A stretch of DNA of 64,000 nucleotides from Desulfatiglandales bacterium (GCA_963667015.2 CAXXJJ010000001.1:1664001-1728000), one strand, 5' to 3'. Shown: positions 18,830 to 30,800, counted from the stretch's first letter. The notes: generated from the sequence alone by a model not told the origin. A program made the numbers and translations.

Positions 18830-19864
18830 ATGCAAAAGGTGAAACCATTCTCTCAAATTCTTGGACAGGAAAAAGCCGTAGGATTTTTAAAAAAGGTGCT
18901 TGGAAGTGACAGGATACCTCACGCCTACCTGTTTACCGGGGTGAATGGGGTAGGGAAGAGTACCACCGCCATGGCCCTTGCCAGGGCAATTAACTGCAAT
19001 TCTGATATCTCAGATGAGGGCTGCGGCGAGTGTGTTACATGCAGGCAGCTGGAAAACGGTAATTTCCCTGATTTTATTTCTCTTGAGCCTGATGGCCAGA
19101 ATATAAAGATTGAGCAGATAAGAGCGCTTAACAGGAGTCTGAATTTTAAGCCTGTTTCAGGAAAATTCAGGATTACAATAATTGACAGGGCTGAAATGAT
19201 GACAGAAGAGGCGGCAAATTCCTTTTTGAAGACCCTGGAAGAACCCCCTCCCGGTAATATTATCGTTTTAAAGGTTGTTGATCCGCTTGATCTTTTACCG
19301 ACCATAATTTCAAGGTGTCAGAAGGTCCCTTTTCATCCCCTTACACATGAAGTTATTAAAAATTACCTTGTAGATCAACTTGGCCTGGATAATAACAGGG
19401 CATGGCTTGCGGCAGGCATCTCAGAAGGAAGTCTTGGCAGGGCACTTGAAATATGTGAGGAAGGATTTCTTGAAGAAAGGAGAGAACTGCTCCAGGATAT
19501 TATGAAAATCTATGGAATGTCCAGGGTTCAGGTCCTGGATCTGGCTATCGAATTCAATAAAAAATACGCAAAAAAGGCAAAGGGCGATCAGGCTGGCATT
19601 GATCTTTACGGAGTGACAGGTATCTGGAAAACCTATTTTAGAGATTTGCTCCTTACAAAAGTACATGGTAATAATGGGCTTCTTGTTAACAGGGATTATT
19701 CGGATATATTTGAAAAAATATCCGGAAGGTTTGATGCTGATAAACTTATTGAATGTATTTTTCTTATAGACGGTTATCAGAGAGACCTGCTGAGAAATCC
19801 CAACACCGGATTGATGATGGAGAAAATGCTGCTTGAGCTGAAGACGCTTAATCAGTTTAATTAA
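18830..19864 (+). CDS. holB: DNA polymerase III subunit delta'
   Basis: HAYLFTG..GVGK, Zn motif C..GCGECVTC, AANSFLKTLEEPP, TIISRCQ; follows tmk. Confidence 0.93.
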   Translation: MQKVKPFSQILGQEKAVGFLKKVLGSDRIPHAYLFTGVNGVGKSTTAMALARAINCNSDISDEGCGECVTCRQLENGNFPDFISLEPDGQNIKIEQIRALNRSLNFKPVSGKFRITIIDRAEMMTEEAANSFLKTLEEPPPGNIIVLKVVDPLDLLPTIISRCQKVPFHPLTHEVIKNYLVDQLGLDNNRAWLAAGISEGSLGRALEICEEGFLEERRELLQDIMKIYGMSRVQVLDLAIEFNKKYAKKAKGDQAGIDLYGVTGIWKTYFRDLLLTKVHGNNGLLVNRDYSDIFEKISGRFDADKLIECIFLIDGYQRDLLRNPNTGLMMEKMLLELKTLNQFN

Positions 19865-19886
19865 TAAACATAAGGTTGAAATCTAT

Positions 19887-20723
19887 ATGAGAAAAATAGT
19901 CGGTATCAGATTGAGACAAAACGGTAAGATATATAACTTCGATTCCGGTCACTTTGTATTAAAAAAGGGTGACATGGTGGTTGTGAATACAGAACAGGGA
20001 AAGGCAATGGGAGTTGTTGCGCTTGAGCCTAAACAGCAGGAAGAGAGCGAAACTGAGAGGGCGTTGAAAACCGTCCACAGGGTAGCGACCGAAGAAGATA
20101 TTAAAACGAATGAAAAAAACCGTGAAATGGAAAAGGTGGTATATTCATTCTGTTATGAAAAAATCCAGGAGCGTGCTTTGCCCATGTGCCTGGTTACTGC
20201 CGAGCAGATGTTTGATGGCAGTAAGGTTGTGGTCTACTTTTCAGCAGAAGGCCGGGTCGATTTTAGAGAACTTGTAAAGGATCTTGTTCAGAAATTTCAT
20301 ACACGGATCGAGATGCGCCAGATAGGTGTACGTCATCAGTCCAAAATGGTTGGTGGTTTAGGGCCCTGCGGAAGGGAGCTCTGCTGTTCTTCCTTTCTGA
20401 ATAAATTTGACCCTGTTTCCATCAAGATGGCAAAGAAACAGAACCTTTCGTTAAATCCCACAAAGATTTCCGGTATGTGTGGAAGGCTGATGTGCTGCCT
20501 TTCCTATGAGTATGATTTTTATAACAAAATAACAAAAAGCATTCCCAAGATTGGAAAAAATGTTCAAACAAAAAATGGAAGCGGGAAAGTAATACGGAAT
20601 AATGTCTTAAAAGAAACAGTCACTGTTCTTCTGGAATCGAATGAGGAAATTGATGTGGGATATGACGAAATTATAAAGGAAAAAAAGAATATAAATGAAG
20701 GTAAAAAAGTAAAAGGACAGTAA
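19887..20723 (+). CDS. PSP1 / RicT (YaaT) family protein
   Basis: GRVDFRELVKDL, RIEMRQIGVR, GPCGRELCC, KISGMCGRLMCCL; tmk-holB-PSP1 synteny. Confidence 0.92.
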   Translation: MRKIVGIRLRQNGKIYNFDSGHFVLKKGDMVVVNTEQGKAMGVVALEPKQQEESETERALKTVHRVATEEDIKTNEKNREMEKVVYSFCYEKIQERALPMCLVTAEQMFDGSKVVVYFSAEGRVDFRELVKDLVQKFHTRIEMRQIGVRHQSKMVGGLGPCGRELCCSSFLNKFDPVSIKMAKKQNLSLNPTKISGMCGRLMCCLSYEYDFYNKITKSIPKIGKNVQTKNGSGKVIRNNVLKETVTVLLESNEEIDVGYDEIIKEKKNINEGKKVKGQ

Positions 20724-21043
20724 TAACAGCTAGATATATTAATGTTTTACAGTTTCATTAAGTCGTTTGGAATGCCTTGAAAAGATGTTTAAGAATGTTT
20801 GGTCCCAGTATTTAAAGTTAAGTAAGAATTTAATTCATTCAGTAAATTTATTATGAAAAGGGTAAATGTTTTTTATCTTATTTTTACTTGACAATTGATT
20901 AGGCTTATGGCCTATTATAGGGTTATGTTTGTGGCCCGGCTCTTATCGCGGGTCGGTTTCATCGGTTTATTTTATTTTGCCGGAGTAGCGACCTGAAGAT
21001 TTTGAGCGTAATGGTAACCATTTTTTTAATGGAGGTCTAAGCT

Positions 21044-21247
21044 TTGGCAGAAGGGACAGTTAAGTGGTTTAGTGACAAAAAAGGGTATGGCTTCATTGCA
21101 CAGGAAGAAACTGGTCAGGACATTTTCGTTCATTACTCATCCATTGAGATGGACGGCTTCAAGACCCTGGCAGAAGGACAGCAGGTCATTTTTGAGGTGG
21201 AAGATGGCGAAAGAGGTCCGGTAGCAAAGAACGTCAAAAAAAATTAA
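21044..21247 (+). CDS. Cold-shock protein
   Basis: [30 protein letters not shown] and TTG start. Confidence 0.95.
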   Translation: MAEGTVKWFSDKKGYGFIAQEETGQDIFVHYSSIEMDGFKTLAEGQQVIFEVEDGERGPVAKNVKKN

Positions 21248-21263
21248 TTCTTACTTAGTTTTT

Positions 21264-21302
21264 AAAGGGCACCTTGCATGACCTCGCAGGGTGCCTTTTT
21301 TT
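21264..21302 (+). terminator. Rho-independent terminator after the csp gene
   Basis: AAAGGGCACCTTGC...GCAGGGTGCCTTT stem followed by a T run. Confidence 0.8.
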
Positions 21303-21309
21303 ATTTTCT

Positions 21310-22080
21310 ATGAAAATCACAACATTCAATACAAATTCAATAAGGGCAAGGCTCCCGATAATCAAAAACTGGCTTTTAGAAGAACAGCCGGATATTCTGG
21401 CGTTACAGGAAACCAAGGTTCAGGATAAGGATTTCCCGTTTGATGATTTTGAAGAGCTTGGTTACCAGGCGATTATTCGCGGACAAAAATCATATAATGG
21501 CGTGGCTGTTATTACCAATCATGAGCCCGGCAATATAAGAAAAGATCTATATAAAGAGGGAGATGAACAGGCAAGGTTTTTGAGTGCTGATTTTTCAGGT
21601 ATTACAGTTATTAACATATATGTTCCCCAGGGGTTTGCTCCGGGAACAGACAAGTTTGAATACAAGCTTACCTGGCTTAATGATCTGCTTAAATATATTC
21701 AAGGTAACTACTCTCCCCAAGATCCTCTCATTCTTCTTGGTGATTTTAATGTAGCAATGGATGACAGGGATGTTTATGATCCCGATGGTTTAAAAGGAAG
21801 TGCCGGTTTTCATCCTGATGAACAGGAAATATTGGGAAGATTCTTTGAATGGGGACTTGTGGATATTTTCAGAAAATATAATCAGGAGAAAGAGCAATAC
21901 ACATTCTGGGACTACAGGATTCCAAACGCCCTTAAACGGAACAGAGGCTGGAGAATAGATTATATAGCTGCTACCAGGCCACTTGCTGAAAAATCATCTT
22001 CCATAACAGTTGATTTGAAGCCCAGGACACTTGAAAAACCATCTGATCACACATTCCTAGTGGCGGAGTTTGATATTTAG
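21310..22080 (+). CDS. xth: Exodeoxyribonuclease III
   Basis: MKITTFNTNSIRAR, LQETK, SYNGVA, GDFN, GWRIDY, PSDH. Confidence 0.93.
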   Translation: MKITTFNTNSIRARLPIIKNWLLEEQPDILALQETKVQDKDFPFDDFEELGYQAIIRGQKSYNGVAVITNHEPGNIRKDLYKEGDEQARFLSADFSGITVINIYVPQGFAPGTDKFEYKLTWLNDLLKYIQGNYSPQDPLILLGDFNVAMDDRDVYDPDGLKGSAGFHPDEQEILGRFFEWGLVDIFRKYNQEKEQYTFWDYRIPNALKRNRGWRIDYIAATRPLAEKSSSITVDLKPRTLEKPSDHTFLVAEFDI

Positions 22081-22196
22081 ATAGCGTTTAATCAGAAATA
22101 TGCAATTTCTGGATAAAACTTTCAGCGATCAACTGAGTCTTTTATTTTAATTTTTAAAGCTGACAGCTGAACGCTGATTGCTGAAAGCTGCTTTTC

Positions 22197-22907
22197 TCAA
22201 ATACTGCGGCTGAAGGTGAACCTGTGTTCTTCCCCATCGACAGAAATAACAGCATTGAATTCACCTTCCGCTTTCTCATCTATGTCCTTAATATCGTATA
22301 TTATCAGGCCGGTTACAGTGCTGCCGGGCATTATGGTCTGCGGTTTAAAAACAAGAGGCGGAACAATTCCTTCGAACTGCTCATAGACTCTAATAGTCCC
22401 TTCAAGGTTCTCTACGGAGGATAAAAATTGGGTTATCCACGTTTTTGCTATGCCTTCAGCAGCCTCTGGTTGTATCATCTGCGCCTCTTCAATTCTGTCG
22501 GCTGTACGTCCTATGTTTGAGAATATGCGGGATACTATTCTGCCTCCGGCATTAAAATAGTCATTTTCCAGGTCTTTCATAAAATCCTCAAGAGGTTGAA
22601 TTTCAAGTTTTATTGGAGCAGAAGCTTCATCCTTTTTCCTGAATTCCATGGATATATTCTCATTACTTATGCTGAGAGGTTCTTTGCCCCTGTTTTGTAC
22701 AAGAAGGTTGAATATAATTTTATCCTCTATATATTTGAACTCCGTATAGTGAGTAAGAGTTACCGTGTGTTTTTTCTCGGATATTACAGCGCCATCGTAA
22801 TCCACCTTTTGCATTAAAGATGGCTTTGCGACAGTCTTGATTTTGCCTGCACAGCTTTGAAGCAGTACAACTGATAAAAAAAGCATTAAGTACAATTTTA
22901 TTTTCAT
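22197..22907 (-). CDS. Lipoprotein, array unit 1
   Basis: MKIK + hydrophobic core + lipobox LQSC; paralogous to three other copies. Confidence 0.8.
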   Translation of the reverse strand: MKIKLYLMLFLSVVLLQSCAGKIKTVAKPSLMQKVDYDGAVISEKKHTVTLTHYTEFKYIEDKIIFNLLVQNRGKEPLSISNENISMEFRKKDEASAPIKLEIQPLEDFMKDLENDYFNAGGRIVSRIFSNIGRTADRIEEAQMIQPEAAEGIAKTWITQFLSSVENLEGTIRVYEQFEGIVPPLVFKPQTIMPGSTVTGLIIYDIKDIDEKAEGEFNAVISVDGEEHRFTFSRSI

Positions 22908-22919
22908 TTCAATCCCCTG

Positions 22920-25900
22920 TTATTGCTCTGTGCCTATACTCTCCAGTACCCCTACTATATCCTTCCACCCGTTCCTTTCTGCGAGGGTGAGGGCTGTATA
23001 TGGTGTATCATTAACATCTGCTACAGCGTTTATGTCTGAACCCCATTCGCAAAGGTATTTTACTATTTCACTGTGGCCGTTCTGGGCTGCTGCCATAAGA
23101 GCAATAGACCCGTCCATTGCCTTGATGTCAGTCTCTGCCCCGTTTTCTACAAGAAACTTTACAACACCCGTATGCCCGTTCTGGGCTGCCATCCATAGAC
23201 CTGTTCTTCCGTCATCCCTTTTAGGGTTCAGGTAAGCGCCCTTTTCAACAAGGAGTGAAACCACATCCATATGTCCTTCCTGGGCAGCTATCCAGAGGGC
23301 TGTCACACCATCTTTTGCTCTCTTGTTGACCAGTGCTCCTTTTTCAATAAGGATATCCACTACCTCACGATTACCTATTTCTGATGCAACCATCAGGATA
23401 GTCGCACCGTTTTTCTTGTTACGCACTACAACTTCGGCTCCGTTTTCCAGGAGGTATCTTAAGATAGGCCCGTGACTCCCTATAAGAGAATTCCACAATG
23501 CAGTTGTACCGTCCTTGGCCTTTGCATTTATGTCAGCCCCTTTTTGCACAAGGAATCTTACAAGGTCCAGGTCCCCCTGGTTTACGGCCAGCATCAGGGC
23601 TGTGGTTCCGTCATACAGCTCTGCATTTATATTTGCGCCATGCTCTATAAGAAGTCTGGCTATGTCCATGTGTCTATTTTCCAGCGCCCAGATAAGAGCG
23701 GTTATACCATGGAGTGTTTTAACATTGACCCGTGCGCCTCTACTCAGAAGACTTTTGACAAGATTGGTCATGCCATGCTTTGATGCCATCATGAGCGGTG
23801 TTTCATTTAGAGAATTTGATACACCGTTTATGTCAGCCCCTTTGTCACAAAGATACGTTGCAACATCTTCATGGCCGTTGTTTAATGCCAGCCAGAATGC
23901 TGTTACTACATGTTTTATAGAAGTAGATTCTAAGTAATTTTTGGGCGCTCCTCCTTCGATTATGGGGGTATCTATTCTGGCATTGTTTTCTACAAGAAGT
24001 TTTACAATTTCAAAATGTCCGTTCTCTGCAGCAGCCGCGAGAGGCGTCATATTCTCGGATTCTGAAGCATGATTTACCTCTGCGTCATTTTCTATCAGCA
24101 GCTTTACAATATCTGTATGCCCGTTTTGTGCGGCTATCCAGATGGGGGCGGTGAAGTCATTATCCTTTTTATTTACGTTTGCATTATTTTTTATCAGAAG
24201 CTCAGCAATATCAGTATGCCCGTTCTGGGCCGCAGCCCATAGAGCAGTTGTTCCATTTGAGCCTCTTGAATTTACCCTTGCATGGTTTTCAATAAGGAGT
24301 TTTACAACATCGGTGTGACCATTGAGTGATGCTATCCACAGGGCAGCGCCGGATCCCAGTACGGTCATTACTTCGTTTTCTTTTTTATCCAGGAAGTTGC
24401 CGATCTTTAACCATGCCTCCATTACAAACAGTAACAGTGGGTCGAATTCGCGTAAAGGACGGACAATTATTTTCAAATCATCTTCCTCTATTGCGAAATA
24501 CCTCATCTGCAGCCGGGAGATTGTTCTATTACGGAGCTCAAACCTCTCTTCTTCAGGGGTCTTTTCTCTTTCCATACCATCCAGTGTTAACTGATCATCT
24601 GCGCCTTCCCTGTTTTTAACGTTGGCCTTTGCCCCGTTTTCCAGAAGTATCTTTACAATGTCGGCGTACCCGTTTTGAGCGGCTATCCAGAGGGCTGAAC
24701 CTCCGTTAAATTTGTTTTTCTTTCTTACATCAGCGCCTTTTAAAATTAGAAATTCAACAATATCCCTGTGCCCTCCCTGGGATGCAAGCATAAGAGCAGT
24801 GGCACCGTCTGTTTTTCTTCTGCTGTTTACATCAACCCCTTTTTCTGTTAAATGTTTTACGACGTCAAGATGTCCCTTTTTACTTGCCCACATCAGGGCT
24901 GCAACACTATCAATATTATCAAGGTTTGATTCTCCGAAATATTCAAGAAGCTGTTCCTTAAGGGGGCGGTCAGCAATCTTTCGAGATTTTTGGTCTGATT
25001 TTAAAGAAGAGAGAGATTTCTTTTTATCAGGCAAGTTAAAGGTGATGGAATTTATATCAAAGAGTGAAGGGTCAATCGATCGGAATGAATCAGTATCCTG
25101 CAGGGTTTCGATTACTGCAACCGAAGAAATACGACGGTTTAGAAAATTGTCGGCCTGTATTGCTCCGCCAATAATCCCTCTGACGATTTTGACCGGTTTT
25201 GTCCGGTCTATTGTAGTTCCATCGCCTAACTGTCCCAGATAATTTGAGCCTGTCATCTGAAGACTGCTGTCGCTTTTTACAAAAACAGTGTGGGAGCCTC
25301 CGGCTGATATCTGGATTACATTATCGGAAATCCGTGCCGGGGTATTCTGTATCTCGGGAAGACCGCCACCAAGCTGTCCGGAAAAATTTGCACCCATACC
25401 CCACAGCGTGCCATCGCTTTTTAAAAACAGGCTGTGATTGAATCCTCCTGCAATCTGAACTATTCCTGCGGCTATCCCAACAGGTGTTTTCAGGTCTGCT
25501 GTTGTTCCGTTACCAAGCTGGCCATACCTGTTAAAACCCATCCCCCAGAGAATGCCATATTTTCCTAAAAACAGGGTGAAAGAATTTCCCGCTGACACGC
25601 GAACAACACCTGTTGCTATCGAACCGGGAATATTAGTTTTTCCGCCAAAATTGTCCCCAAGCTGGCCGGAATAATTTGCGCCCATGCCCCACAGGCTTCC
25701 ATCCTTTTTTATGAAAAGGCTGTGAGCGCTTCCTGCAGCTATTTGTGTAACATTATTATCAATGAGTACTGGTTTGTTTTTATTGATAAATGTTCCGTCT
25801 CCGAGCTGGCCGTCTTCATTCCAGCCCATTCCCCATAAACTTCCATCATTTTTAATAAACAGGCTGTGAAAAACGCCTGCTGTAACCTGTATTACACCGG

Positions 25901-26357
25901 AAGCAACCAGCACGGGTTTATTCCTGCTTATATTTGTACCGTCTCCAAGCTGACCATATTTGTTGTATCCCATGGCCCAGAGGGTACCATCCTTTTTTAA
26001 AAACAGACTGTGGGCATTACCTGCAGCAGCCTGTACTGCATCGGAAGCCACCTTTGCGGGCGTGCTTCGTGTATCAGTTGTACCGTCGCCAAGCTGCCCT
26101 TTATTGTTATAGCCCACGCTCCAGAGGGTGCCGTCTTTTTTGATATAGAGAGTGTGATACAGTCCTGCATCTATTCCGGTGGGGAGGGCTTTAAGCATGC
26201 CCTGGTCATCAAGCTGCTTTTCAGAGCCTCTACTCTTAGCTGCTTCTGTGTCGTTTACTGAAATAACAGTTGGGAGCAAAGAGAAAATCAAAAAGATGAA
26301 TAATAATGCAGCATGCCTCATAAAAGGAAATTTTACCGTACCCTGTCTGACGATCAT
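22920..26357 (-). CDS. Secreted RCC1-repeat / ankyrin-repeat protein, unit 1
   Basis: Signal peptide, seven AGxxHSLFxKxDGxLWxxGxNxxGQLGxG repeats, about 17 ankyrin repeats (TALxxAAxNGHxxxVxxLxxxGA). Confidence 0.9.
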   Translation of the reverse strand: MIVRQGTVKFPFMRHAALLFIFLIFSLLPTVISVNDTEAAKSRGSEKQLDDQGMLKALPTGIDAGLYHTLYIKKDGTLWSVGYNNKGQLGDGTTDTRSTPAKVASDAVQAAAGNAHSLFLKKDGTLWAMGYNKYGQLGDGTNISRNKPVLVASGVIQVTAGVFHSLFIKNDGSLWGMGWNEDGQLGDGTFINKNKPVLIDNNVTQIAAGSAHSLFIKKDGSLWGMGANYSGQLGDNFGGKTNIPGSIATGVVRVSAGNSFTLFLGKYGILWGMGFNRYGQLGNGTTADLKTPVGIAAGIVQIAGGFNHSLFLKSDGTLWGMGANFSGQLGGGLPEIQNTPARISDNVIQISAGGSHTVFVKSDSSLQMTGSNYLGQLGDGTTIDRTKPVKIVRGIIGGAIQADNFLNRRISSVAVIETLQDTDSFRSIDPSLFDINSITFNLPDKKKSLSSLKSDQKSRKIADRPLKEQLLEYFGESNLDNIDSVAALMWASKKGHLDVVKHLTEKGVDVNSRRKTDGATALMLASQGGHRDIVEFLILKGADVRKKNKFNGGSALWIAAQNGYADIVKILLENGAKANVKNREGADDQLTLDGMEREKTPEEERFELRNRTISRLQMRYFAIEEDDLKIIVRPLREFDPLLLFVMEAWLKIGNFLDKKENEVMTVLGSGAALWIASLNGHTDVVKLLIENHARVNSRGSNGTTALWAAAQNGHTDIAELLIKNNANVNKKDNDFTAPIWIAAQNGHTDIVKLLIENDAEVNHASESENMTPLAAAAENGHFEIVKLLVENNARIDTPIIEGGAPKNYLESTSIKHVVTAFWLALNNGHEDVATYLCDKGADINGVSNSLNETPLMMASKHGMTNLVKSLLSRGARVNVKTLHGITALIWALENRHMDIARLLIEHGANINAELYDGTTALMLAVNQGDLDLVRFLVQKGADINAKAKDGTTALWNSLIGSHGPILRYLLENGAEVVVRNKKNGATILMVASEIGNREVVDILIEKGALVNKRAKDGVTALWIAAQEGHMDVVSLLVEKGAYLNPKRDDGRTGLWMAAQNGHTGVVKFLVENGAETDIKAMDGSIALMAAAQNGHSEIVKYLCEWGSDINAVADVNDTPYTALTLAERNGWKDIVGVLESIGTEQ

Positions 26358-26824
26358 TTTGCTGGCTCCTCACAGTATCTTTCTGAAAATTGGTCTAGCC
26401 ATTAACAGCAGTTACTCCTCTCTTTAATAAAACGAGATATCCTTCTCTGCTGCTAAAATTGAAACAAAAACGATACCCGGAAAATAAAGGGGAGTTATGT
26501 TATTGTATAACGTCAAGTGATAAAAATTATGCCTGTGCTACAGTAATGCGGGTTTGGAGTGATACGGATAATTATTTTGATCTTATTTCAGCGTGTGGTT
26601 TTAATGCCATCATTAAAGACTTATTTTTTTGTGGTAAGACTTTCTTGTCCTTTTTTCATAAATTAAAATAATATATTTGTTAAAGAAAAATCAAGACATT
26701 CATGATTAAAATCAATATAAAAAAATGCCAATTTATTCAGTAGCAAGAAATGGTTCCCCGATTTCCCGGGTATGACAGATGAAGGTTTATCGCTAAAAGT
26801 TACTGCTTATTTAATTTGCTTTTC

Positions 26825-27745
26825 TCACCTGCTCCGGCTGAACTTAAACCTGTGTTCCTCCCCATCAATCGAAATAACAGCATTGAATTCACCTTCCGCT
26901 TTCTCATCTATATCCTCAATGTCATATATTATCAGGCCGGTTACAGTGCTGCCGGGCGTTACCTCCTGCGGTTTAAAGACAAGGGGTGGAACAATTACCC
27001 GGAACTGCTCATAGATTCTTATTGTTTCTTCAAGGTCGTCTATTCTAATATCAAACCTGGCGTTAAAATTTTTTGCTATATTCTTGAGCTGATCTATTCG
27101 CATCGCCTCGTTACCCGATTGACCCTGATCAGACCCTTTAGGCTTACTTCTCAAATAAGCCTTATAAGCCTTATCAGCCAAATAAGCCTTATCAGCCTTA
27201 TCAGACTTGCCAGGTTTATAATTCTTGCGAGCCTTATTAATCATCCGATCAATCTGATTCTGATACGATTGTTTCGGTTTTTTCCCACTATTCGAATTAT
27301 TTGAATTTATTTGAGCTTTTATTTTATGTATTAAGTTCAATGTACTTTCTATGTCATCGAATATGCGGTATATTATCCTGGTTTCTGCATCAAAATAATC
27401 ATTCTCAAGATCTATCATAAAATCATCAAGAGGTTGAATTTCCAAATTTATTGGGGCTAAATCTTCGTTTTTATTTTTAAACTGCACTGTAATATTCTCA
27501 TTGCTTACTTTAAAAGAATCCTGTCCCCTGTTTTTTATAATAAGATTGAAGATTATTTTTTCTTTTATGTGTTTGAACTCCGTGTAGTTGGCAAGATTTA
27601 CCGAGTGTTTTTTATCAGAAATGACCATGCCGTCATAATCCACCTTTTGCATTAAAGAAGGCGCTGCGACTGTCTTTATTTTGCCTGCGCAGCCTTGAAG
27701 CAGTATCACTGTAAAAAAAAGCATTAAGTAAAATTTTATTTTCAT
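26825..27745 (-). CDS. Lipoprotein, array unit 2 (expanded central insert)
   Basis: Lipobox LQGC; same N- and C-terminal scaffold, with an insert about 70 aa longer. Confidence 0.8.
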   Translation of the reverse strand: MKIKFYLMLFFTVILLQGCAGKIKTVAAPSLMQKVDYDGMVISDKKHSVNLANYTEFKHIKEKIIFNLIIKNRGQDSFKVSNENITVQFKNKNEDLAPINLEIQPLDDFMIDLENDYFDAETRIIYRIFDDIESTLNLIHKIKAQINSNNSNSGKKPKQSYQNQIDRMINKARKNYKPGKSDKADKAYLADKAYKAYLRSKPKGSDQGQSGNEAMRIDQLKNIAKNFNARFDIRIDDLEETIRIYEQFRVIVPPLVFKPQEVTPGSTVTGLIIYDIEDIDEKAEGEFNAVISIDGEEHRFKFSRSR

Positions 27746-27817
27746 TTCAGTCCTCTGGTTTTATTTAATATATCGATTGCCATGTTAACGAATGTTTTTA
27801 ATATGATTTAAGCCATG

Positions 27818-30800
27818 TTACTGCTCAGTGACCATACTCTCTAGTATCCCCGAGACATCCCTCCACCCGTTTCTTTCAGCAAGGGCGAGGGCTGTATATG
27901 ACGTGTCTTCAATAATTGCTTCCGTATTCATGTCCGATCCCCACTCGCAAAGGTATTTTACTATTTCACTGTGACCGTTCTGTGCTGCAGCCATAAGCGC
28001 GATAGATCCGTCTTCCGCTTTGATGTCAGTCACTGCTCCCTTTTCTGCAAGATATTTTACAATGCCTGTATGCCCGTTCTGTGCCGCCATCCATAGAGCT
28101 GTTCTCCCGTCATCCCTTTTCGGGTCCAGTTCTGCGCCCTTTTCAACAAGGAGCTTAACCACATCCAAATGACCTTCCTGGGAAGCTATCCAGAGAGCAG
28201 TTATACCGTCTTTTGCTCTCTGGTTAACCAGGGAGCCTTTTTCAATAAGGATATCCACTACCTCACGGTTGCCTATTTCAGCTGCAACCATAAGGATAGT
28301 CGCTCCGTTAATCTTGTTGAGCACTACAACTTCAGCCCCGTTTTCGATAAGATATCTTAATATAGGCCCGTGACTCCCTATAAGAGCGTTCCACAATGCA
28401 GTTGTACCGTCCTTTGCCTTTACATTTATGTCTGCCCCTTTTTGCACCAGGAATCTTACAAAATCAAGGTCCCCCCGGTTTACGGCCAGCATCAGGGCTG
28501 TGGTTCCGTCATACAGCTTTGCATTTACATTTGCACCATGATCTATAAGAAGTCTGACAATCTCCATATGCCTTTCTTCAAGCGCCCAGATAAGAGCTGT
28601 TATGCCATGGAGTGTTTTAACATTGACCCGGGCGCCTCTATCCAGAAGGCTTTTGACAAGACGGGTCATTCCATGCTTTGAGGCCATCATGAGTGGTGTA
28701 TGCCGAAGTTCATCTGAAATACCCTTTATAGCGGCTCCTTTATCACAAAGATAGGTTGCAACATCTTCATGACCATTTTCCAATGCCATCCAAAATGCTG
28801 TTTCATTACGGGTTGTTGGAATGTCCATCCTGGCATTGTTTTCTACAAGGAGTTTGACAATTTCAAAGTGTCCTTTTTGGGCAGCAGCAGCCAGTGGAGT
28901 TATTCTTTCGGCTTTTGAAAAAGCATTTACATCTGCATCATTTTCTATAAGCAGCTTTACAATATCAGTATGTCCGTTTTTAGCTGCTATCCGGATAGGA
29001 GTACTAAAATTACGATCCTTAATATTAATTTTTGCGTTATTCTTTATCAGGAGCTCAGCAATATCCCTGTGCCCATTCTGTGCAGCAACCCACAGAGCAG
29101 TTGTTCCATTGGAGCCTCTTGAATTTACCCTTGCATGGTTCTCAATAAGGAGTTTTACAACATCCGTGTGGCCATTGAATGATGCTATCCACAGGGCAGC
29201 GCCTGACCTCATAACAGTTATTACTTCATACTCTTTTTGAGCCAGAAATTCGCCGACTTTGTCCCATTTTAACATCATTGGACTTTCATTGGGATTAATG
29301 ATGTCTCCTTCAGCATACCCGGCAATTTCTTTTAATCCCTCTTTAAGTATTATATGCTTCTGCTGCATACCGGCGATTTTTTTTACACGAAGCTCAAATC
29401 TTTCTTCCTCCGGAGTCTTTTCTCTCTCAATATCTTCCAGTGTTATCTCTTCATTTGCGCCTTCCCTGTTTTTAACGTTGGCTTTTGCCCCATTTTTTAA
29501 AAGTATTTCTACAATGTCAGCATGTCCGTTCTGGGCGGCGAGCCAGAGGGCAGAACCTCCGTTAAACCTGTTTTTCTTTTTTACATCAGCGCCTTTTGAA
29601 ATAAGAAATTCGACAATATCCCTGTGCCCCCCCTGGGATGCGAGCATAAGAGCCGTGACTCTGTCTGTTTTTCTTCTGCTGTTTATATTAACACCCTTTG
29701 CTGTTAGCTGTTTTACGATATCAAGGTGTCCATTATTACAGGCCCACATCAGGGCTGCAACACTGTCAATATTTTCAATATCTGATTCTCCAAAATATTC
29801 AAAAAGCTGATCCTTAAGGGGGCGGTCATCTGCCTTTGAAGTGGGAGTTTGAGCTGGTTTTAAAGATGAGGGGGATTCTTTTTTATCAGGAAATTTAAAG
29901 TTGATGGAGTTTATATCAAATGGTGAAATGGCATCAGACTGTGGGGGTTTGATTTCGGCATCAGGATAAATATGACGGTCCAGAAAATCATCGATCTGCT
30001 TTGTTCCGCCGATTATTTTGCCGGCTACCTTTACCGGCCTTGAACGATCTGTAGTGGTTCCGTCACCTAACTGACCAAGATAGTTGGAACCGACTACCCA
30101 TATGCTGCTGTCACTTTTTACAAAAACAGAGTGGGAGCCTCCGGCTGATATCTGTGTTACATTATCTGAAATTCGTGCCGGTTTATTTTGTATCTCGGGA
30201 AGACCGCCGCCAAGCTGTCCGGAAAAATTTGCGCCCATTCCCCACAGAGTCCCGTTGCTTTTTAAAAACAGGCTGTGATTAAGGCCTCCTGCTATCTGAA
30301 CTACTCCTGCAGCTATCCGAACTGGTGTTTTCAGGTCTGCTGTTGTTCCGTTACCAAGCTGGCCATACCTGTTAAAACCCATACCCCAGAGAATGCCGTC
30401 TTTTCCTAAAAACAGGGTGAAAGAATTTCCCGCTGACACGCGAACAACACCTGTTGCTATTGAACCTGGAATATTAGTTTTACTTCTAAAATTACTCCCA
30501 AGCTGTCCGGAAAAATTTGTGCCCATTCCCCACAGGCTTCCATCCTTTTTAATGAACAGGCTATGAGCGCTTCCGGCAGATATTTGTGAAACTTTATTAT
30601 CAATAAGTATGGGCCTGTTTTTGTTTGTGAATGTTCCATCTCCGAGCTGGCCGTCTTCATTCCGGCCCATGCCCCATAAACTTCCATCCTTTTTGATAAA
30701 CAGGCTGTGAAATACTCCTGCAGTTACCTGCGCTACATCAGAGGCGATCTGAACAGGTTTATTCCTGTTAAAAAATGTACCGTCACCAAGCTGACCGTAC

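Noticed and set aside
21274..21309. N-terminal extension of xth given by the ORF track
   Set aside because: It lies inside the csp terminator; ATG 21310 gives the family-typical MKITTFN start.
26581..26615. Sigma54 promoter or c-di-GMP riboswitch in the shared upstream element
   Set aside because: TGGCA(C/T) is present but the GC is not at GG-N10-GC spacing, and the GEMM core (GGCAAACC..GAAA..GACGCAAA) is absent.
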